Part shown: in pieces, positions 41,465 through 51,570 of the stretch
Layout: each line of letters starts with the position of its first letter
How positions within the stretch are numbered: position 1 is the stretch's first letter
Source of the DNA: Candidatus Multivorans sp.
GTDB lineage: Bacteria; Acidobacteriota; Thermoanaerobaculia; Multivoradales; Multivoraceae
NCBI GenBank assembly: GCA_965224025.1
Contig: OZ245033.1
Span: 1,728,001-1,792,000, forward strand
Length of the DNA: 64,000 nucleotides
Reading direction: 5' to 3'
The notes under the pieces: generated by a model
What the model was told of the DNA's origin: nothing
Database searches by the model: none
The model's input: only the letters and a program-made list of their open reading frames with translations
Translations under genes and position numbers: made by a program

Positions 41465-41504
41465 CTCGTCCTCCTTCTCCCTTGCGGTAGTGTTGCCTGG
41501 TCGG

Positions 41505-41655
41505 CATGCCGCGTTGCCTGCCCGTACCTGTACTGGTGCTCTAAGGCACTGACTCTCCACTGGGCGTCCAACGCGGCGAAGCAGCCAGGGCACGGGTCCC
41601 AGCCAGGTGCTCGAAGCACAGTGCGCCGGTGGTCGCTCCTGGCTGCTTGCCGACC
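41505..41655 (-). ncRNA. Predicted IS110 bridge RNA (target-binding and donor-binding loops)
   Basis: Two stem/internal-loop/hairpin modules (stems 41579-41589 with 41638-41648, and 41508-41516 with 41569-41577). The loops carry matches to the flanking target and to the element ends. Confidence 0.85.
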
Positions 41656-41895
41656 TTCCTTCAGTGACTCCGGCAGGCCGGAAACGAAACCGACCGGCGG
41701 TCCCGGCTGCGGAAGCTGCCGGTCCCGCGGAAAACGGCAGACCGTTTCCCGCCGGACCTTGGAAAACCGGCAAGCCGGTTTCCCACAGCTACCGCAGCCG
41801 CGACGGCTACTGGTCGATTCCACCTCTCTCAACGACCCACCAGAATCCACCCGAGAAAGGTACAGGTGCGCCGGCGTCCCCGCCGGCATCCGCCC

Positions 41896-41935
41896 CTGGG
41901 AACGCGGGCATCCTGCCCGCATCCGCCGAAGGCGG
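41896..41935 (+). repeat. REP-like palindromic repeat (adjacent to a second, IS110-split copy)
   Basis: CTGGGAACGCGGGCATCCTGCCCGCATCCGCCGAAGGCGG with a GCGGGCA/TGCCCGC hairpin. Confidence 0.75.
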
Positions 41936-41951
41936 AATCCGGAGCCCTGCC

Positions 41952-43405
41952 GTGGCAGTCGTGGCCGCGCTCTGTGCGACGGTCGGCGCAACCCCCATCG
42001 CAGCGCAGACGGACGACGAAACCCCCAGCTACTACGGGATGTCTGGCCGGTGATTCAGCAGCGGTGCCAGGGCTGCCACCAGCCGGCGCAGTTGGGTGGT
42101 GAGCTGAACCTGACGAGCTTCGACGGGCTGGCCGCGGGTGGGATGGGCGGGCCGGCGTTCGTCGCCGGGAAGCCGGACGAAAGCCGGATGCTGAAGATGC
42201 TCCGAGGCGAGATCGAACCGGCGATGCCCATGCGGGCCAAGCCCCTGGCGGAGGCGGAGGTTGCCGCGATCAGCGACTGGATAGCGGCCGGGGCCGCCGA
42301 CGACACGCCGGGGGAGATGCGCCTCGGCGCGCCGGCCGGGCCGATCGTCTACCACCAGCCGCCGGTGATCACGGCGGTCGCCTACTCGGCTGACGGCGAG
42401 TGGCTGGCGGTGTCGGGGAATCGAGAGGTCCTGCTTCACCGGCGCTCGGAGGTCGGAAACGGTGACAGCCTGGAGGCCCGGTTCAGCAGCGTTTCCGAGC
42501 GCATCCAGGGGCTCGCGTTCCTGCGCAACGGACGGCTGATCGCGACCGGCGGCACACCCGCGCGCTTCGGCGAGATCCAGATCTGGGACGTCGACGACCG
42601 GAAGCTCCGTGTCTCGACCACGGTTTGCTACGACACCCTGTTCGGCCTCGCCATCTCGCCCGACGAGCGCCGGCTCGCGGTCGGCTGCGCGGACAACACG
42701 GTGCGCATCCACCAAGCGACCAGCGGCCGCGAATTGCTGCGGATGAACCACCACGAGAACTGGGTGCTCGGGGTCGTCTTCGGCGGCGACGGCAGGCGCA
42801 TCGTCTCCGTCGGCCGCGACCGCGCCGCCAAGCTGATCGACGCGAACAGCGGCGCCTTCGTCGAGAACATCAACCTGCTGCGCGGCGAACTCGCCGCGAT
42901 CGTCCGCAACCCCAGGATCGAAGCCGTCGTCATCGGCGGCGAAGACCGCGTGCCCTACTACTACAGGATGGACCGCGCCCGGAAGATGCTGATCGTCGAC
43001 GACTCGACCCTGGTGCGGGAGTTCGAGCGCCAGGACGGCGAGATCTTCGCGCTCGCCGTCGACCCGCGCGGCGACCGTCTCGCGGTCGGCGGCGCCGCCA
43101 AGGCGGTGCCGATCTACGACCTCGAAACCGGCGAGCGGACCGCGACCGCGTCCGGCCACAGCGCCGGCATCTACACCTTGGCCTTCGACCCCACCGGCGC
43201 CGAACTCGCTACCGCCGGGTTCGACGGCTCGCTTCGGCTCTACCGCGCCGCCGACGGCGAACTGCTGCACGAGTTCGTGCCGGTACCGCTCGAAGGCGGT
43301 CTCGAGGGAGAGACCCGAGTGGCGCGGTCTCGCGCCACTCGCGAACCGGTCCGAGCGCCCCTCACCGGGCGCTCGGATGGCACGACCGCCGGAGGAGCAC
43401 CGTGA
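41952..43405 (+). CDS. Planctomycete cytochrome c + WD40-repeat protein; 1-nt frameshift near 42034, start uncertain
   Basis: Signal-like VAVVAALCATVGATPIAAQ..PSYY in one frame; RDVWPVIQQRCQGCH (CxxCH) and WD40 repeats (GEIQIWD, HENWVLGV, LATAGFDGSLRLY) in the next. Confidence 0.75.
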
Positions 43406-45873
43406 ACGGCCAGAGGCTGCCAGGGAGTGCATCCCAGGCGCTCGCCGGCATCGCGATCGCCGCAGTCGCCGCTGCCGCAGGGCCGCCGCCGAATCTGGTG
43501 GACATGCACCCCCACGGCGGCCAGCAGGGGCGGGCCCTACGTCTGGTGATCGAGGGCTACGGCCAGCCGGGCGAAATGGAGATCGAAAGCACGCTGCCAG
43601 GTTCATTCGCCCGCCTCGGCGAGGCCGCCGACGAAGACCGGCTGCGGAAACAGCGGCGGCCGAACGACCGCAACCTCCAGGCCGCCGTCTTTCTGGTGGA
43701 GATCGACGCCGGCGCCGCGCCGGGGCTCTACCCGCTGCGCGCTGTCAGCGAGGACGGTCTGTCGAACTCCCTGCTGTTCCGGGTGGACACCGTGTCCGAA
43801 GTCTCCGAGCGGACTCTGGGCGACGGTGGCCTCACCGAAGTGCCGAGAATCGATGCCCTGCCGGTCGTCGTCAATGGGACGCTCGACGGAGCGGAGCGGG
43901 ACCGTTATCGATTCCAGGCAGCCCCGGGAGAACGGATTGTCCTCGAGGTCGAAGCGCGCCGCGTCGGCTCGGCGATCGACCCGGTGCTCCGGTTACTCGA
44001 CAGCGACGGCCGGGAGATCGCCTTCAACCAGGAGGGACCCGGCATCGACGTCGACGCCCGCCTCGACTGGCAGGCGCCCGAGGGCGGCGGCGAGTTCGTC
44101 GTCGAAGTCCACGACGCCCGGTTCAGCGACCAGCGACGGAACTTCTATCGCCTGAAACTGATCGCCGCCGCGGACTACGAGTACGCCGGAGCGATCTTCC
44201 CGCTGGGCGCCCGGCGCGGCGAGAAGACCCGCTTCGAACTGTCCGGCGGCTCGGTTGCGGCCGCCCGCGAGACGACCTACAACGCCGACACCGCGGGCGA
44301 CTTCGACGTGGTCGGGCCGGTTCCCGGCGCCAAAGCAATGAGTTCCGCCCTCCCGTTCCCCGTCGTCGTGGGCAGCCACCCGGAGGTCCGTGAGGGCGCA
44401 ACCGGAGCAGCCGGGCCCCTGTCCCCGCCCGTGGTCGTCAACGGACGGATCGAAGAGGTCGGCGAAGTAGACGAGTACCGGATCGCCGCCGAGCCGGGAA
44501 AGAAGCTGCTGATCGAGGTTCAGGGAGGCGTGCTGCGCTCCTCCGATCTGTTCGGCGTGCTGACCGTCACGACGCCGGATGGCGAGTACCTGGCATCGTC
44601 CGGGGACGACATCCCCGACCCGGACACTTTCCGGCTGCTCTCGCCGACCGCCACGTCCTTCGAGCCGTGGGTGGTGGTCGAAGCGCTGGACGGCGTGGAC
44701 ACCCTGCACATCACCGTCGAAGACCTGGTGGGCCGCGGCGGCCCCCGCTTCGGCTACCGGCTGGCCGTGACCGAGGACGGCCCGGATTTCGAACTGCAAC
44801 TCAGCACCGCGCAGATGTCGCTCCACGCCGGCGCCTCAAAGCCGATTCAGGTCGGCGCCGTTCGCCGCGGCTTCCTGGGCCCGATCCGTCTTTACGTCGC
44901 GGACCCGCCGGCGGGCATCGAGGCGCGGGACGGGTGGATCTCGGAAGAGGTTCGGGACCTCGATCGCCGCTCTCTTTCGCGCGCGGGCCGGATCATGGTC
45001 ACGGCCGACCTCGACGCGCCGCGCCAGCGCTTCGACCTGGAAGTATGGGGCGAAGGCGTCCTCGCCGACGGCGCCGTGATCCGCCGCCGGGCGAGCGTGC
45101 CCGGCAGCGTGACCGCGGTGCGGGCCGGCGATGGCCGCAGCTACACGACGGAGGCAGAGCGCTCGTTCACCGCCCCCTGGCTCGAGAGCCGGCTGCCGGT
45201 CCTGCTGACCGGCCGGCCGGGACCGCGGCTGATCGGAACGCCGCCCAAGACCGTGAGGCTGGTCAAGGGCATGCCCTTCGACTTCGGTTGGAAGTACGAA
45301 GCGCCGCCGGGCGAAGACGGCGCGATCAAACCGCCGATGGTCGTCAACGCCGTGATCGCCGGCGGCGAGTTCCGCGTCGAGACGACGGAGAAGACCGACT
45401 ACGACAGGCCCGAGGGCAGCAAGCTGATCCGCAGCAGCGACGGCACCCGGCACGACCGCTACAGCGTGACGCTGACCGGGGAAGTCACCGTGGGCGGCCG
45501 GCCCGAGCGGCTGTACACGCCCGGCGTGACGCTGGAGGTCGTGCCCGGCTACCGGATCGAGGTCGACAGGGCGAGCGTCAAGTCCGGCAAGAAAGGCGTC
45601 GTCGAGGGAACCCTGCACCGCGAAGAGAGTTTCCAGCAGCCGGTCGAGTTGCGCGCCGACACCCTGCCCACCGGCGTCGTCTGCGACAGCGTGGAGATCA
45701 AGCCCGAGGACGACGGGAGATTCCGGCTTTCCTGTGAAGCCACGGACGCGGTCAAAGCGGGGAACTACGATTTCCTGATCACATCGTCGTCGTGGCTGGC
45801 CGGCGAAAGAGAAGGCCGCGCGGCGTACACGACAACGCCGGTCGAGGCACGCATGGAGGTGAAAGCCAGATGA
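43402..45873 (+). CDS. Secreted protein with pre-peptidase C-terminal (PPC) domains, planctomycete-type
   Basis: GTG start after GGAGG; PHGGQQG, PVVVNGTL..ERDRYRF, EVEARRVGSAIDPVL, VEDLVGRGGPRFGYRL. Confidence 0.8.
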   Translation: MNGQRLPGSASQALAGIAIAAVAAAAGPPPNLVDMHPHGGQQGRALRLVIEGYGQPGEMEIESTLPGSFARLGEAADEDRLRKQRRPNDRNLQAAVFLVEIDAGAAPGLYPLRAVSEDGLSNSLLFRVDTVSEVSERTLGDGGLTEVPRIDALPVVVNGTLDGAERDRYRFQAAPGERIVLEVEARRVGSAIDPVLRLLDSDGREIAFNQEGPGIDVDARLDWQAPEGGGEFVVEVHDARFSDQRRNFYRLKLIAAADYEYAGAIFPLGARRGEKTRFELSGGSVAAARETTYNADTAGDFDVVGPVPGAKAMSSALPFPVVVGSHPEVREGATGAAGPLSPPVVVNGRIEEVGEVDEYRIAAEPGKKLLIEVQGGVLRSSDLFGVLTVTTPDGEYLASSGDDIPDPDTFRLLSPTATSFEPWVVVEALDGVDTLHITVEDLVGRGGPRFGYRLAVTEDGPDFELQLSTAQMSLHAGASKPIQVGAVRRGFLGPIRLYVADPPAGIEARDGWISEEVRDLDRRSLSRAGRIMVTADLDAPRQRFDLEVWGEGVLADGAVIRRRASVPGSVTAVRAGDGRSYTTEAERSFTAPWLESRLPVLLTGRPGPRLIGTPPKTVRLVKGMPFDFGWKYEAPPGEDGAIKPPMVVNAVIAGGEFRVETTEKTDYDRPEGSKLIRSSDGTRHDRYSVTLTGEVTVGGRPERLYTPGVTLEVVPGYRIEVDRASVKSGKKGVVEGTLHREESFQQPVELRADTLPTGVVCDSVEIKPEDDGRFRLSCEATDAVKAGNYDFLITSSSWLAGEREGRAAYTTTPVEARMEVKAR

Positions 45874-47069
45874 CACGTTTCCCTGGGTGCACGACCCTTG
45901 CAGCCCGCATCCGGTCGAAGAGCAGCCTCGACGATTGCAGTAGAGAAGTCCACCATCTGCAACGCCGTATCTCTGAGTGCGCGGGTCTTCCGACCCGCAT
46001 CAAGCGCGATGCCGCGAAGCGGCGAGCCCGTACCGCCCTCCTGCTGCTCGCCCTGGCCGCCACCGCACTATCGGCCGAAACCACCCCAACCACCCCCATC
46101 GGCCTCACCATCCAACCCCCCGAACTCACCTTCGGCAACACCCGCGACGGCCGCAAGCTCCTCGTCACCGCCGTCCTGGAAACCGGCCAACGCGTCGACC
46201 TGACCGCCGACGCCGAGTTCAACACCAACACCGCTCCGGTCGAACGCGGCGACGACGGCTTCCTCACCCCCACCGGCCCGGGCAGCGGTTCGGTCACCGT
46301 CCGAGCCGCCGGCCTCACCGCCACCATCCCGGTCACCGTCCACTTCCCAGGCAGCACCGAACCGGCCGAACCCGTCACCTTCGTCCGCGACGTCCTGCCA
46401 GCGATGAACAAGGTCGGCTGCTCCCAGGGCACCTGCCACGGCGCCGCCAAGGGCAAGAACGGCTTCAAGCTCTCGCTCCGCGGTTACGACCCCGAGTTCG
46501 ACTACCAGTCCCTGCTCTACGACATGTCGGGGCGGCGCTTCAACCGCGCCGACCCCGCGCGCTCGCTGATGCTCGCCAAGCCGACGATGCAGGTCGCGCA
46601 CGAGGGCGGCCTGCAGATCGAGCATGGATCGCGCTACTACAACCTGCTGCTCGACTGGATCTCCACCGGCGTTCCCTACGGCGACTCCGGCCTGGACCGG
46701 GTCGAGAGGCTCGAGATCCACCCGGGCGAGGTCTTCATGTACCGGCCCGAGATGCGACAGCAGCCGATCGTGATCGCCCACTACGGCGACGGCAGGACCC
46801 GCGATGTGACCCGCGAGGCGCACGTCACGAGCAGCAACACGGAGACGATAGCGATCTCCACTCTCTCGAACGACGCCTTCCCGACCCGCGATGTGACCCG
46901 CGAGGCGCATGTAACCAGCAGCAACACGGAGACGATGGCGATCTCCACTCTCTCGAACGACGCCTTCCCGACCCGCGAAGCATGGTCGGCAGCTCCGGCG
47001 TCGCGGGAACGCCGGCGGAAGGGGCCGAAACGGAGCGGGAACGGCGGGCACGCTTGCTCCATGAAGTGA
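45870..47069 (+). pseudogene. 5' part of an Ig-like/DUF1549/DUF1553 protein, truncated
   Basis: VTFVRDVLPAMNKVGCSQGTCHGAAKGKNGFKLSLRGYDP, RSLMLAKPT..HEGG. The frame ends just after an 87-bp duplication and lacks the expected DUF1549/DUF1553 body. Confidence 0.75.
46796..46978 (+). repeat. 87-bp tandem duplication (2 copies plus 9 bp)
   Basis: Unit starts GACCCGCGATGTGACCCGCGAGGCG at 46796 and 46883; GACCCGCGA recurs at 46970. Encodes TRDVTREAHVTSSNTET(I/M)AISTLSNDAFP. Confidence 0.92.
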
Positions 47070-47221
47070 TCGAGGACATCCGCAGATCGCGGCCGGGCTT
47101 CAGCGCCGCCGAAAATCTCCCGCGGGAAGCCCTCTACGACCGTGACCGGGCCCGGGCCGAAGACAGGGCGGCCGCCGAGAAGGAAGGCAGGTCGCCTGCC
47201 GAGTCTTCGGGCGAAGTGTGA
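46982..47221 (+). other. Small ORF or fragment resembling an antitoxin C-terminus
   Basis: ERERRARLLHEVIEDIRRSRPGFSAAENLPREALYDR; GTGA overlap with hsdR. Confidence 0.4.
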
Positions 47222-50200
47222 CGACCGACACCTCCGAACGCGGCCTTGAGCGCCTCATCTGCACCGCCCTCACCGGCCACCCCTGCGACCCGCCCAAGCC
47301 TGGCGAACTCCCCCAGCCGACTGAGCCGAGCGCCGCCGCCGGCACTCCCGCCGCCACCACCGCCGGCTGGACCGGTGGAAACCCCCGCGACTACGACCGG
47401 AACTACTGCGTCGATCTCAACCAGCTCTCCGCCTTCCTCCACGCCACCCAGCCCGACGCCTCCGCAAGCCTGGCCCTGGACGAAGACGGGCCGGCGCGGC
47501 GCAAGTTCCTCGCCCGGCTGCAGGGCGAGATCACAAGGCGCGGCACCATCGACGTGCTGCGGAACGGCATCAAGCACGGCGCTCACGACCTGGAGCTGTT
47601 GTACGGCACGCCCTCAGAAGGAAACGAACTCGCGCAGCAGCGCTTCGATCTGAACCGCTTCACCGTCACGCGGCAGCTCCGCTACAGCCGGGACGAGACG
47701 CAACTGGCGCTCGACCTGGCGCTATTCGTCAACGGCCTGCCGGTTGTCACGTTCGAACTGAAGAACAGCCTGACCAAGCAGACGGTCGCCGACGCCGTCG
47801 AGCAGTACCGGAAGGACCGCAGTCCGCGGGAGAAGCTGTTCGAGTTCGGGCGCTGCATCGTCCACTTCGCGGCGGACGAGCGGGAAGTGCGGTTCTGCAC
47901 CCACCTGCGCGGCAAGGCGTCGTGGTTTCTGCCGTTCAACCGAGGCTGGAAGGACGGCGCCGGCAACCCTCCGAATCCGAACGGACTGGCTGCCGACTAC
48001 CTGTGGCGCGACGTGCTGACCCGCGAGAGCCTCACGGAGATCATCGAAAACTACGCCCAGATCGTCGAATCGAAGGACGAGAAGACGGGGCGCAAGAAGA
48101 AGACCCAGATCTGGCCTCGCTACCACCAGCTCGATGTGGGCCGCCGCCTGCTCGCCGACGTGGCCGAGCACGGCGCCGGCAAGCGCTACCTGATCCAGCA
48201 CTCCGCGGGCAGCGGCAAGAGCTACTCCATCGCCTGGCTGGCCCATCAACTCATCGGGCTGGAGGAGCGGGCAGGATTTCCGCGCTCCCAGGCGGAAGAG
48301 GACGCAGGCCCGGTCTTCGACTCCATCGTCGTCGTCACCGACCGGGTCATCCTAGACCGCCAGATCCACGACACGATCAGGCAGTACGCCCAGGTCGGGG
48401 CAACCGTCGGGCACGCGGACCGTTCGGGGGATCTCCGCCAGCTCCTCGAAGGCGGCAAGAAGATCGTCATCACGACGATCCAGAAGTTCCCCCACGTCCT
48501 GGACGCCATCGGCAACGAGCAGCGCGGACGACGGTTCGCGATCATCATCGACGAGGCCCACTCCAGCCAGGGCGGGCGGACGAGCGCGGCGGTGTCGGGC
48601 GCCCTCTCGGAGGCCGGCGCCCGCAGCGAAGACGAGACGTACGAGGACCAGATCAACCGCCTGATGGAGTCCCGCAAGCTGCTCCCGAACGCCAGCTACT
48701 TCGCCTTCACCGCCACCCCCAAGAACAAGACCCTGGAACTCTTCGGCGTTCCCGAACCGCAGGCCGACGGCTCGGTCAGGCGCCGCGCCTTCCACACCTA
48801 CTCGATGAAGCAGGCAATCGAGGAGGGCTTCATTCTCGACGTGCTGAAGCACTACACGCCGGTCAAGAGCTACTACCGGCTCGCGAAGAGCGTCGAGGAT
48901 GACCCGGAGTTCGACGTCAAGAAGGCGCAGCGGAAGTTGCGGCGCTTTGTCGAGGGGCACGACCACGCGATCCGCCTGAAGGCCGAGATCATGGCGGACC
49001 ACTTCCACGACCGGATCGCCGCGCCGCGGAAGATCGGCGGCGAGGCGCGGGCCATGGTGGTCACGAACGGCGTCCAGCGCGCGATCCAGTACTTCCACGC
49101 CATCCGCGACTGCCTGGAGGCGAGGAAGAGCCCGTACCGGGCGATCGTCGCCTTCTCGGGCGAGCACGAGTACGGCGGAGCGAAGGTCACGGAAGCCTCG
49201 CTCAACGGCTTCCCGTCAAGGCGGATCGCGGAGAAGTTCCAGGAACATCCCTACCGGTTCCTGGTCTGCGCGGACAAGTTCCAGACCGGCTACGACGAAC
49301 CGCTGCTGCACACGATGTACGTCGACAAGACGCTGTCGGGGATCAAGGCCGTGCAGACCCTGTCGCGGCTCAACCGGGCGCACCCGAGGAAGCACGACGT
49401 CTTCGTGCTCGACTTCCTGAACGATTCCGAGATCATCCGCGACTCGTTCGCGAACTACTACCGCGGAACGATCCTGGCCGACGAGACGGACCCGGACCGG
49501 CTGCACGACCTGCAGGCCGACCTCGATGCAGCGCAGGTTTACTCGGCGGAGCAGATCGACCGCTTCGTCGAGCGCTATCTGGGCGGAGCGGAGCGCGACC
49601 GGCTCGATCCGATTCTCGACGACTGCGTAGCCGTCTACCTCAGCGATCTCGACGAGGACGGTCAGGTCGACTTCAAGGGCAAGGCGAAGGGCTTCCTGCG
49701 CGCCTACGGCTTCCTCTCGTCCATCCTCCCGTTCTCGAACGCCGGCTGGGAGAAGCGGTCGATCTTCCTGAACTTCCTGATCTCGAAGCTGCCGGCGCCG
49801 CGGGAGGAGGACCTGACGCGGGGCATCCTCGAAGCAATCGACATGGACAGCTATCGGGCCGAGAAGCAGGCGATGCGGAAGATCCCGCTGCCCGACGAGG
49901 ACGCCGAAGTCGATCCGACGCCGGCCGCCGGTGCCGGCCACCGACCGGAACCGGAGATGGAACACCTCTCCAACATCATCAAGGCGTTCAACGACCACTT
50001 CGGCGGCATCGAGTGGGACGACGCAGACCGCGTGCAACGAATGATTGCGTTCGACATCCCCGCCAGGGTTGCCGCGGATACTGCCTTCCGCAACGCGCGG
50101 CAGAACTCGGACCGGGAGAACACCCGCATAGAGCACGACAGAGCGCTTGTCCGCGTGATGCAGAACCTGATGAAGGACGACACCGAGCTGTTCAAGCAGT

Positions 50201-50280
50201 TCATGGACAACGAGAGCTTCAAGCAGTGGATGTCCGAGACGGTCTTCAGGCGCGCGTACGACCAGGCTGGGACGCCGTGA
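47218..50280 (+). CDS. hsdR: Type I restriction enzyme R subunit
   Basis: LDLALFVNGLPVVTFELKN nuclease motif, QHSAGSGKS Walker A, IIDEAHSSQ, FTATPK, KFQTGYDEP, VQTLSRLNR. Confidence 0.93.
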   Translation: MTTDTSERGLERLICTALTGHPCDPPKPGELPQPTEPSAAAGTPAATTAGWTGGNPRDYDRNYCVDLNQLSAFLHATQPDASASLALDEDGPARRKFLARLQGEITRRGTIDVLRNGIKHGAHDLELLYGTPSEGNELAQQRFDLNRFTVTRQLRYSRDETQLALDLALFVNGLPVVTFELKNSLTKQTVADAVEQYRKDRSPREKLFEFGRCIVHFAADEREVRFCTHLRGKASWFLPFNRGWKDGAGNPPNPNGLAADYLWRDVLTRESLTEIIENYAQIVESKDEKTGRKKKTQIWPRYHQLDVGRRLLADVAEHGAGKRYLIQHSAGSGKSYSIAWLAHQLIGLEERAGFPRSQAEEDAGPVFDSIVVVTDRVILDRQIHDTIRQYAQVGATVGHADRSGDLRQLLEGGKKIVITTIQKFPHVLDAIGNEQRGRRFAIIIDEAHSSQGGRTSAAVSGALSEAGARSEDETYEDQINRLMESRKLLPNASYFAFTATPKNKTLELFGVPEPQADGSVRRRAFHTYSMKQAIEEGFILDVLKHYTPVKSYYRLAKSVEDDPEFDVKKAQRKLRRFVEGHDHAIRLKAEIMADHFHDRIAAPRKIGGEARAMVVTNGVQRAIQYFHAIRDCLEARKSPYRAIVAFSGEHEYGGAKVTEASLNGFPSRRIAEKFQEHPYRFLVCADKFQTGYDEPLLHTMYVDKTLSGIKAVQTLSRLNRAHPRKHDVFVLDFLNDSEIIRDSFANYYRGTILADETDPDRLHDLQADLDAAQVYSAEQIDRFVERYLGGAERDRLDPILDDCVAVYLSDLDEDGQVDFKGKAKGFLRAYGFLSSILPFSNAGWEKRSIFLNFLISKLPAPREEDLTRGILEAIDMDSYRAEKQAMRKIPLPDEDAEVDPTPAAGAGHRPEPEMEHLSNIIKAFNDHFGGIEWDDADRVQRMIAFDIPARVAADTAFRNARQNSDRENTRIEHDRALVRVMQNLMKDDTELFKQFMDNESFKQWMSETVFRRAYDQAGTP

Positions 50281-50284
50281 GAGC

Positions 50285-51120
50285 GTGAACACGCGCGCCA
50301 TTCTCATCGGGCTGGCGCTCGGACTGGCGCTCGGGATCGCCGCGTCCGCGACGGGTTCGCCCGCGTTGCTGCGGGCCGCCGAGGCTGTCGAGCCGCTCGG
50401 CCAGATCTTTCTGCGTGCGATCCAGATGGTCGTCATCCCGTTGGTGGCGGCGGTCGTCTTCGTCGGCGTGGGGCGGATCGGTGATCGCGAAGACGGGAGC
50501 GGCGATGCTGCAGAACCTCGCAGTCTTCATCGTCGCCGTGGTGGTGGGCCTCTTCATCCTGAAGGGCCTCGTTCTGCTGCCCCTGGTCTGGATCCTGGGC
50601 GGCGTGCCGCCCGGGCGCTTCATCCGGGCGACCGTGGGCACGTACACCGTGGGCTTCACCACGACGACCTCCGTGGGAACCCTGCCGATGATGCTGCAGG
50701 AGGCGAAGGCACTCGGCCTGTCCGAGCGCAAGTACACGCTGATCCTGCCGCTGGCGGCGTCGATCAACCGTCCGGGCAGCGCGCTGTTTCGGAGCGCGTC
50801 GCTCGTCTTCCTGGCCGCCATGTACGGCCGTGCCGCTCGACGCGGGGCTGATCGCCGCGGCGGCGCTGGCGATCTTCCTCGCCGCGATGACGGTCGCTTC
50901 GGTGCCCAGCGCCAGCATCGTGTCCCTGGCGCAGGCCCTGGACGTGGCGGGCGTGCCCCTGGCGGGACTCGGCATCCTGCTGGGGATCGACCGCGTGCCC
51001 GACGTCTTCCGCTCCGCGGCCAACGTGATCGGCCACATGTCCGCCGCCACCACGGTCGACGCGATGACCCGTGGCGACGGCAAGGAGCCAGCCGGCACCG
51101 CGCATCCCTTCTTGGGATAA
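50285..51120 (+). pseudogene. Dicarboxylate/amino acid:cation symporter (DAACS), internally deleted and frameshifted
   Basis: Three frames: GQIFLRAIQMVVIPLV / FTTTTSVGTLP..LPLAASINRPGSAL / VPSASIV..GIDRVPDVFRSAANVIG. Confidence 0.8.
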
Positions 51121-51185
51121 TCGGGTTCGTGAGGTTCGTCGGAACGCACCGGGAGTACGATCGGGTCGACGCGGCGACTGTCTAG
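51108..51185 (+). pseudogene. higB: C-terminal remnant of HigB toxin
   Basis: GIIGFVRFVGTHREYDRVDAATV* immediately upstream of higA. Confidence 0.7.
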
Positions 51186-51194
51186 GAGGTTCAT

Positions 51195-51569
51195 ATGAGA
51201 ATCAAGCCGATCAGGAACGAAGCCGACTACGACGCAGCGTTGGCGGCCATCGACAGGCTGATGGGCGTTCCGGCGGACACCCCGGAGGGAGACGCGCTCG
51301 ACGTCCTCGTCACGCTTGTCGAAGCCTACGAAGCCAAGCGCTGGCCCGTCGAGGCGCCGGATCCGATCTCGATGATCGAGCATGTAATGGAAGCCCGCGG
51401 TTTCCGGCAGAGTGAGTTGGCGGCACTGATCGGCTCGCAACCCCGCGCCTCGGAGATCCTCAACCGCCGCCGTCCGCTGACACTGCGGATGATCCGCGCC
51501 CTATCCCGCGAATGGCAGCTACCGGCCGACGCGCTCGTCCGGGAGTATGAACTCGTAAGCACGGCATAA
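51195..51569 (+). CDS. higA: HigA-family HTH antitoxin
   Basis: IKPIRNEADYDAALAAID, LVEAYE, PDPISMI, RASEILNRRRPLTLRMIRAL; AGGAGG RBS. Confidence 0.9.
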   Translation: MRIKPIRNEADYDAALAAIDRLMGVPADTPEGDALDVLVTLVEAYEAKRWPVEAPDPISMIEHVMEARGFRQSELAALIGSQPRASEILNRRRPLTLRMIRALSREWQLPADALVREYELVSTA

Positions 51570-51570
51570 C

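Larger units (their letters stand above)
40155..41866 (-). mobile_element. Complete IS110-family element with a 2-bp core (GG on +, CC on the element strand) at both junctions
   Basis: Junctions CGACTG-GG-ACTCTCCACC (core 40155-40156) and GGTACA-GG-TGCGCCGGC (core 41865-41866). No terminal IRs. The ends match internal guide sequences. Confidence 0.88.

Noticed and set aside
40178-43405. 1075-aa ORF spanning the IS110 antisense strand and the WD40 gene
   Set aside because: A chance read-through; only the part after ~42035 has recognisable domains.
46796-46978. Tandem repeat as a CRISPR array or DGR template/variable repeat pair
   Set aside because: There are only two adjacent copies, no spacers, no cas or reverse transcriptase gene, and the mismatches are not consistently adenine-specific.
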